From: a virus
Reading direction: 5' to 3' (one strand)
Length of the DNA: 64,000 nucleotides
IMG/VR virus record: IMGVR_UViG_3300021389_001814
Location: 4,467-68,466 of that record
The notes below the pieces were generated by a model, which worked only from the letters and a program-made list of their open reading frames with translations, made no database searches and was not told the origin of the DNA. Position 1 is the first letter of the stretch. Every line of letters starts with the position of its first letter. A program made the translations under genes and the position numbers. Of the stretch, positions 58,331-64,000 are shown piece by piece.

Positions 58331-59434
58331 TTATAATCCGGCTAATTTTCTAATTCTAATAATTTCGGCGGAACCTTCAGTCTCTGGCTGGGTTCGTGAA
58401 GCTCTATCACCAGTGACAACGGTTTTGCCTTCGGTTAGCTTTGCCTTATTTTTTGAAGTTGTGGGTTTACTTTCATTTAATACAGTCGGTAAGTATTTGT
58501 CGAAAGTATCACGTAGCTTTTCAGTTTTTACACTTTCAAGCAGCGATACCATAACTTCGCGTTGACTTTTGTTTAATGGGGACAACATTTCATTCATGAT
58601 AGCTTTACGATTGCTCAAATCGCGAACGATTGTAGCGGAACGTTTGGCTTCCATAATTGCTTTATCCTTTTCTTCAAGAGTTTTGGCGCTTTCTTGTAAC
58701 TTAGATTCAGTGAATTTAAGCTTTTTAGAAAGCTTAGAAATTTGTGTTCCTTCTGAAAGGGCACTAGTCATAAATTCAGTTGCAAAAGTTTCGAAAATCT
58801 TTCTACCAAATTTATTTTCTTTTGCAGTTTTAATGTCTTCTTTTAGGACATTAATTTCACCACGAAGAGAATTCTCGATAAGTTTTTCTGTTCTTGCAGC
58901 AGCTTTCTTTATGAACTGAGAACGGGCTTCTTCAATAACACGCTTTCCTTCTTTAGCCATATGGACACGCTGTTCTACCAACGCTTTTTTGTCAATATGG
59001 AATTCGTTTAGTTCTTCTGTCAATTTTGCCAAAACAAATTTTTCTAGGTTGGCAACATTGTTTTTTTGCTGGTTTCTATCTTCGTTAAGTTCAGCAATTT
59101 CTTTCTTCAGCGATTCGTTGATGTGTTTGTCAAGAATTTTTGCATGTTCATGAATAGATTTGCGATATGCAACTCTATCTTCTTGTAGTGCTTTTTTATC
59201 TTGAGTAAATTCATTCAACTCTTCTTTGATAACATCAGTAAGCATAGCATCCATTGCTTCAACAATTTGTGCTTTGTCATTTTCATAACGCGCAGCAAAT
59301 TCTTCACGCAACTCAGCAGCGATTTCTTCGCGCATATCAGATACTTTTGCTTCCCAAGCTTCAGAAATGTTTGCTTTGACTTCATCTGATAGAAACTCGG
59401 AGTTCATTATATTTTCGAATGTTTTATTCATCAT
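58331..59434 (-). CDS. gp22: Prohead core scaffold protein, gp22-like
   Basis: Coiled-coil Glu/Lys-rich protein with GRKIFETFATEF, between protease and capsid. Confidence 0.85.
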   Translation of the reverse strand: MMNKTFENIMNSEFLSDEVKANISEAWEAKVSDMREEIAAELREEFAARYENDKAQIVEAMDAMLTDVIKEELNEFTQDKKALQEDRVAYRKSIHEHAKILDKHINESLKKEIAELNEDRNQQKNNVANLEKFVLAKLTEELNEFHIDKKALVEQRVHMAKEGKRVIEEARSQFIKKAAARTEKLIENSLRGEINVLKEDIKTAKENKFGRKIFETFATEFMTSALSEGTQISKLSKKLKFTESKLQESAKTLEEKDKAIMEAKRSATIVRDLSNRKAIMNEMLSPLNKSQREVMVSLLESVKTEKLRDTFDKYLPTVLNESKPTTSKNKAKLTEGKTVVTGDRASRTQPETEGSAEIIRIRKLAGL

Positions 59435-60066
59435 TTTCTCCCAAGGTCTCTAATGAAATTCACAGCCTCATTTTGGAGGTGCTTTTGTGCACTTGGGTCA
59501 TACTTCGCAGCATTTGCAGCGTCCCAAATGACATTACCTCTACGATGATTCATAAGATGTTCATAAATCGGGGTAGGGTAAGCATTTGGTGCACTTGGAT
59601 TCGCAACAATATCAACAGTTATTATTTCAAATCCACTTACATTTCCATTTGCGTCAACGTCGCCGCTTCCTCTGGAACTAACTCCAAGCTTGACGCCACT
59701 TTCTAGTAGCGTTTTACAAACATTGCCCATGGGAGTGGGCAACATTTTAAGTTTGCCAATACCATCATTTCCGTTCATGTTAATTTCTGTAATAACATGA
59801 CTAACTCGGTCTAGATTAATATTGAGGTCTTCTGGGTGATCTGCTTCTCCAAGAACCGAAAATCCTTTTGAAATTTTTTCTTTTAGTGTTTTAACGGCAC
59901 CGACAATTTCATTAACAGGATAAATACGCTGGTTCTGGTTTCTCACACCACCTTCAATGAAAATTCCACGCATATACAAATCCTTGCCGCCATTTCCATC
60001 TTCAACGGATTCGGTAACAATATTTGCATTTTGTGGTGTCATTATTTCCCTAAGTGGTGTTAACAT
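59431..60066 (-). CDS. gp21: Prohead protease, gp21-like
   Basis: NQNQRIYP, GEADHP, VSH, GVSSRGSG, DIVANPSAPNA. Confidence 0.95.
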   Translation of the reverse strand: MLTPLREIMTPQNANIVTESVEDGNGGKDLYMRGIFIEGGVRNQNQRIYPVNEIVGAVKTLKEKISKGFSVLGEADHPEDLNINLDRVSHVITEINMNGNDGIGKLKMLPTPMGNVCKTLLESGVKLGVSSRGSGDVDANGNVSGFEIITVDIVANPSAPNAYPTPIYEHLMNHRRGNVIWDAANAAKYDPSAQKHLQNEAVNFIRDLGRK

Positions 60067-60072
60067 ATCACA

Positions 60073-60948
60073 TTAACCTTTCATTTTACGAACTGATGCT
60101 GGTTTTAGTTTTGTTCCAACAGATTCTGGACCATCATAGCCCATTTCTTTTGGTTTTTCTGCTTTACCGCCAGTTTCAGTAGTATTCTTGATAGCATCTT
60201 TCATTGGCTTACCAAGCTTGTCACCTTTGCCTTTTGCAACTGGTGAAGCTTTGCCGTCGTCTCCGCCTTTCATAGCAGGTTCGGAAACTTTCTTTAGGTT
60301 AACGCTTTCTTTGATTTCTTCTTCATCTTCGTCTTCCATGTCCATATCCATGTCCATTTCGCCGTTCATTTCGGAATCATCACCTTCTTCGTCATATTCA
60401 TAATCGTCAGCCGCGAATTCATCTTCGGATTCTTCGTCTGGTTCATCGCCAACTAAATCGGCAAAATATGATTTCAATTCTTCTAGTGCATCTTCAACAT
60501 TCATGAATACCTCGTCTGCATCGGATGCGCCTTCGTCGCCCATTTCATCACCCATTTCATCGGATAAATCCATTTCATCGTCCATTTCATCACCCATTTC
60601 ATCGGATAAATCCATTTCTGCGTCGTCCATGTCCATTTCGTCATCCATGTCCATTTCTTCGTCGTCGTCGGCTTCATACATTTCTTCAGAGTCAATTTCA
60701 GAATCATACGTGTTAATTCTTTCGGAAACATCATCTTCTAAATCGTCTTCCATATCAGAAACGTCAAAGTCATACTCATCATCGTCTGCTTCTGACATAA
60801 TTCTTTCTAGGTCTTCGTCTTCTTTAACCATATCTAGGTAAATGGTACGTGCTTTTTCAACAAAAATATCATGCAGAAGATCACTTGCTTTATCGTTTTC
60901 TTCATTAATGATAAGTTGCAATACACGCTCTAATTTCTTATTGCTCAT
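60073..60948 (-). CDS. Highly acidic prohead core-like protein
   Basis: Asp/Glu/Met-rich low-complexity middle, basic C-terminus; position between portal and protease. Confidence 0.7.
   Translation of the reverse strand: MSNKKLERVLQLIINEENDKASDLLHDIFVEKARTIYLDMVKEDEDLERIMSEADDDEYDFDVSDMEDDLEDDVSERINTYDSEIDSEEMYEADDDEEMDMDDEMDMDDAEMDLSDEMGDEMDDEMDLSDEMGDEMGDEGASDADEVFMNVEDALEELKSYFADLVGDEPDEESEDEFAADDYEYDEEGDDSEMNGEMDMDMDMEDEDEEEIKESVNLKKVSEPAMKGGDDGKASPVAKGKGDKLGKPMKDAIKNTTETGGKAEKPKEMGYDGPESVGTKLKPASVRKMKG
60540..60618. repeat. 42-bp period tandem repeat (EMDLSDEMGDEM)
   Basis: ccatttcatcacccatttcatcggataaatccatttc at 60540 and 60582. Confidence 0.8.
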
Positions 60949-61001
60949 TATCTAATACTCCTTTAAATATGTGACACAGCGTTGTCATATACAATCGTTT
61001 T

Positions 61002-61009
61002 TATTTATA
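61002..61009 (-). promoter_or_regulatory. T4-type late promoter for the head operon
   Basis: TATAAATA upstream of 60948. Confidence 0.65.
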
Positions 61010-61056
61010 TAATAACGAAAAAAAATGCGTTTTTGTACAAAAAAATGCGATTTTTA

Positions 61057-61272
61057 TTAAAATTCTAATCCGCCGCCACTTTCTTCTCCACTTGAACCAT
61101 AAATTACTTTAAATCTTTCAATTCTAGCTTGATTTTCTAAGTTCTGTAGCTCACGCCTTTTTCTCAATAAGTTAAGATGTCTCAGCGTAAGATGAACTTT
61201 TCTTGTATCGTCCGGATAATGTTTTGTGAACTCATCATCTCGTGCTTCATAATATTCGTTAATAATAGACAT
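61057..61272 (-). CDS. Small head-module protein
   Basis: DTRKVHLTLRHLNLLRK motif; TAATG-coupled to portal. Confidence 0.75.
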   Translation of the reverse strand: MSIINEYYEARDDEFTKHYPDDTRKVHLTLRHLNLLRKRRELQNLENQARIERFKVIYGSSGEESGGGLEF

Positions 61273-62981
61273 TATACAGTTCCTTGTGTATCTTGCGGCT
61301 CACCGCCTTCGGCTCCAGTTATGGGCGATTCTACCCCAAATTCGCCTTCGCCAAAATCGCCTTCGCCACCAAATTCGCCTTCGCCAAATTCGCCCATCTC
61401 TTCGTCAAAATCTCCGGTTCTAAAGCCCATGTCTTCCATCCCAGAGCCGCCACTAAGGTCACTGCCAGCGATTTCAGAAAACTTGTCGCCATTTTCTTCA
61501 TAGAACATACGCTCATTTTCAAGAATGTCGTCGTCAGTGAGTCCAAGATATCTTTTAAGAATAAATCTACGACTTAGATATTGTGTTCCTTCAACCTGAC
61601 CAAATACACCAGCACGTGCACTATCAAGTTCAATTTGACGATAATCACTAAAGCTCTGTGGTTCTGCAAATCTTAGATCAAAAATACTACTATCAATATT
61701 AAATCCACGATTCTTCATAAATCTTTTAAATTCGCGGTCAAACACTGGTTGAATAATATTTTGCAATCTCATGCAGTATTTGTTAAAACGGAATTCCTGA
61801 ATGAAGCTAGTTCCTACACGACCATCTGTAAAGTTTGGGCCGCTATCGTCGTGAGCCATTGGCATATAGCTTGACGGAATTCTAAGTCCTCGCATCATTT
61901 TGTCTGTAAAGAATTGTAAGTCACTTATTTCGCCAAGATTGTCGCCACCAGGTAAAACTTCAACTTTAGAACCACGACCATCTGGTGTTTGTGCAAAAAA
62001 GTAATCCTCCAACATACTTAGTGGAGAATATTGTGCGTCCATAACATTACTGCCGCCACCTGTTTTATTTGGAATACGTTTTTGGTGAACTTCAGTCTTT
62101 ACTTTTTCAAGGAATGCAGTTGCACGGTGCGGCGGCATATCTCCTGTGTCAATATAGAAAACACGGCGTTCTGGTGCACGTTGGACACGATAAATTATAA
62201 TTGCGTCTTCTAGCAATTCTTTCTGTTTGTATGTTTTAAAAATTGGGTCTAAAATGCTTGCACCAAATGGATAATTGCCATCCATGCCTTCAGTCATTGC
62301 GATATGAACCATGTGACTACTATCAACATAAACTTCTTCATTGTTACCATAGGCTACTTGCGAACCATATGTTGTGTTCAATGTTGGATTATTAGGTTTT
62401 GTAAAATTGGTAGGAGATATTCCACCAGTTGTTTTATTAACTGTTATGGGAGTAGACGCAGTTTTGTCGCGTACATTTAAATCCAATTCTTTAAGAATAT
62501 ACTGCTCTGGGTCTTTGCCTTCGCTTTCATTTATAACAACACCAATAACATCTTGCGGATTTACATAAAGTAATTCCCAAGTTTCTGGGTCACGAATAAA
62601 AGGCTGGTCTCCATATTTAATAACATTACGAAATGTTCTGAAAATTCGTCTATCCCAGTCGTTAATGTTACACCACTGTTTTAAACTTTGTTCAATTATC
62701 TTTGCTTCACTTTCAGTTGGATTGCTCTTATAATTTATTTGGAACGGTGAAGCGGTTTTTTCGTCAACTTGTGTAGCAAATTCTGCAATAGTATCAAGAG
62801 CCATGTTTATTTCACTATCCATGTCCATTTGGTCATATTGCATATATCGTTCAACACGGTTAGGCATACCAGTATAAACTTCTGGTAGCCAACTTTGAAA
62901 TCTACTATTATATCCTTCTTTTCCACCACCAGAGCGACTATTTTTACTCTGATAAACGGTAAAATGTTTTTTCCAACTCAT
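61272..62981 (-). CDS. gp20: Portal protein, T4 gp20-like
   Basis: LLEDAIIIYRVQRAPERRVFYIDTG, MLEDYFF, LPGG. Confidence 0.95.
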   Translation of the reverse strand: MSWKKHFTVYQSKNSRSGGGKEGYNSRFQSWLPEVYTGMPNRVERYMQYDQMDMDSEINMALDTIAEFATQVDEKTASPFQINYKSNPTESEAKIIEQSLKQWCNINDWDRRIFRTFRNVIKYGDQPFIRDPETWELLYVNPQDVIGVVINESEGKDPEQYILKELDLNVRDKTASTPITVNKTTGGISPTNFTKPNNPTLNTTYGSQVAYGNNEEVYVDSSHMVHIAMTEGMDGNYPFGASILDPIFKTYKQKELLEDAIIIYRVQRAPERRVFYIDTGDMPPHRATAFLEKVKTEVHQKRIPNKTGGGSNVMDAQYSPLSMLEDYFFAQTPDGRGSKVEVLPGGDNLGEISDLQFFTDKMMRGLRIPSSYMPMAHDDSGPNFTDGRVGTSFIQEFRFNKYCMRLQNIIQPVFDREFKRFMKNRGFNIDSSIFDLRFAEPQSFSDYRQIELDSARAGVFGQVEGTQYLSRRFILKRYLGLTDDDILENERMFYEENGDKFSEIAGSDLSGGSGMEDMGFRTGDFDEEMGEFGEGEFGGEGDFGEGEFGVESPITGAEGGEPQDTQGTV

Positions 62982-63011
62982 ATTTTATAATCTCTTTCAT
63001 TTGTATTATGG

Positions 63012-63019
63012 TATTTATA
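63012..63019 (-). promoter_or_regulatory. T4-type late promoter
   Basis: TATAAATA upstream of portal. Confidence 0.65.
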
Positions 63020-63025
63020 GATTTG

Positions 63026-64000
63026 TTATCGGGGACCTTCTTCAAATGCATTTGTTAGTCTATGGTTTCCGCGTTCAACAGTTGTTGTTAAGTTATTCAT
63101 ACCCTGATCAATTTTATCTATAGCCTCTTGAAAGCTTTTTAGAAAATTATTATAGTCTATTAAAGAGTTAGGCATGACACGTTCTCCAATATCCCTAATT
63201 ACTTCTGGTGGTATCACCTCACCAGTGTTAATTGATTCAATTATTATGTTTCTGATTCCTTGATCTAACTTTTCATCAGAAACCCATCTTGCTATAACTT
63301 TATCTACCGCCTGACTTAGCTTCTCAGTTTCATATGTTATATTTTCATCATTCGCAACGGCAGGAGTATCGTATATATTTATTGCTTTTTTAAGCGGGAT
63401 TAAACTATTAATAAAACGGTTTATTGATCTAGCTTGTTCAAGTTCGGTGTACCCATAATCTCCAGCAATTTCATATCTTGAATCTTGGTTGTTTCTCAAA
63501 TATTGTAGTACTTCTTCAATCGCGTTATCTTTTATTTCTGAAATACTTCTTTGATCGTCGCCGCCAGGACCTAAAGATATATTATTAATGCTTTCTCGTG
63601 CACGGTTTAATATCTCGTTAAATCCACTAACCTGTCTTTCAGTTGCTGACGCGCCACCGAAACTTGAAGGCCAAACAGTCTGAAACCAATTCCACATTCC
63701 GTTAATAGACTCAAGTATTCTAAATAATAAATCGTCAGTATCGATACTGTCAATAAGTTTGTTTATTTGGTTCTTAGCTGCTTCTTGAGCACTAATAGAA
63801 TTTCCGTCGTCGTCTCTGAATATATCGCCAGTCTTTTGTAATGTTTCTACAGTTTTATTAAATAATGTGTCGTAGTCTACTCCTAACATTCCTGCAACAT
63901 CACTTGCGCTCATAGCCAAACTAGTTTTTAGTGTATTTGAAAATCTTTGAAGTTCAGCAGGAAGTGCAATAACACCCGTGTCTTTTATTTCTTGTAAAAC
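63026..64000 (-). CDS. C-terminal part of a long helical protein (possibly tape measure/hub-like), truncated by window edge
   Basis: Frame stays open from 63919 to 64000; helical composition. Confidence 0.5.
   Translation of the reverse strand, partial: VLQEIKDTGVIALPAELQRFSNTLKTSLAMSASDVAGMLGVDYDTLFNKTVETLQKTGDIFRDDDGNSISAQEAAKNQINKLIDSIDTDDLLFRILESINGMWNWFQTVWPSSFGGASATERQVSGFNEILNRARESINNISLGPGGDDQRSISEIKDNAIEEVLQYLRNNQDSRYEIAGDYGYTELEQARSINRFINSLIPLKKAINIYDTPAVANDENITYETEKLSQAVDKVIARWVSDEKLDQGIRNIIIESINTGEVIPPEVIRDIGERVMPNSLIDYNNFLKSFQEAIDKIDQGMNNLTTTVERGNHRLTNAFEEGPR

Noticed and set aside
57419-61577. Plus-strand ORFs opposite capsid, scaffold, core and portal genes
   Set aside because: Antisense or low-complexity shadows of well-supported genes
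1-64000. Stop-codon reassignment as in some jumbo phages
   Set aside because: Standard code gives intact, densely packed genes including full gp20, gp21 and gp23
1-64000. tRNA/rRNA genes, introns or inteins
   Set aside because: Intergenic gaps are short, no cloverleaf was seen, and conserved genes appear uninterrupted

Overview
AT-rich, gene-dense 64 kb segment of a large T4-like (jumbo-type) myophage, covering the virion morphogenesis region. The right end holds the head module on the minus strand (portal gp20, acidic core protein, protease gp21, scaffold gp22, major capsid gp23). The left end holds neck/tail-completion genes (gp13 divergent from gp14-gp15-NUDIX). Between them lies about 48 kb of fibre/appendage genes. 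These include eight proteins with a proline-poor collagen-like (G-Y/F-T-G-S-x)n repeat, beta-propeller, Gly-rich, LamG/CBM-like, beta-helix and LRR proteins, and several WPxKP-ending chaperone-like genes. A translationally coupled modification operon sits directly next to them (2OG-Fe(II) oxygenase, four-domain GT4/GT2/GT2/FkbM protein, SAM methyltransferase, GT29 sialyltransferase-like). The main candidate novel system is a phage-encoded, modular and possibly branched collagen-fibre coat with its own glycosylation machinery, whose genes come in recurring C-terminal/N-terminal motif pairs. Also seen: T4-type late promoters, sigma70 promoters, a UUCG terminator and a 19-aa homing-endonuclease remnant behind gp23. 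No tRNA, rRNA, CRISPR array or integrase was recognised. All calls come from reading motifs by eye; no searches were run.
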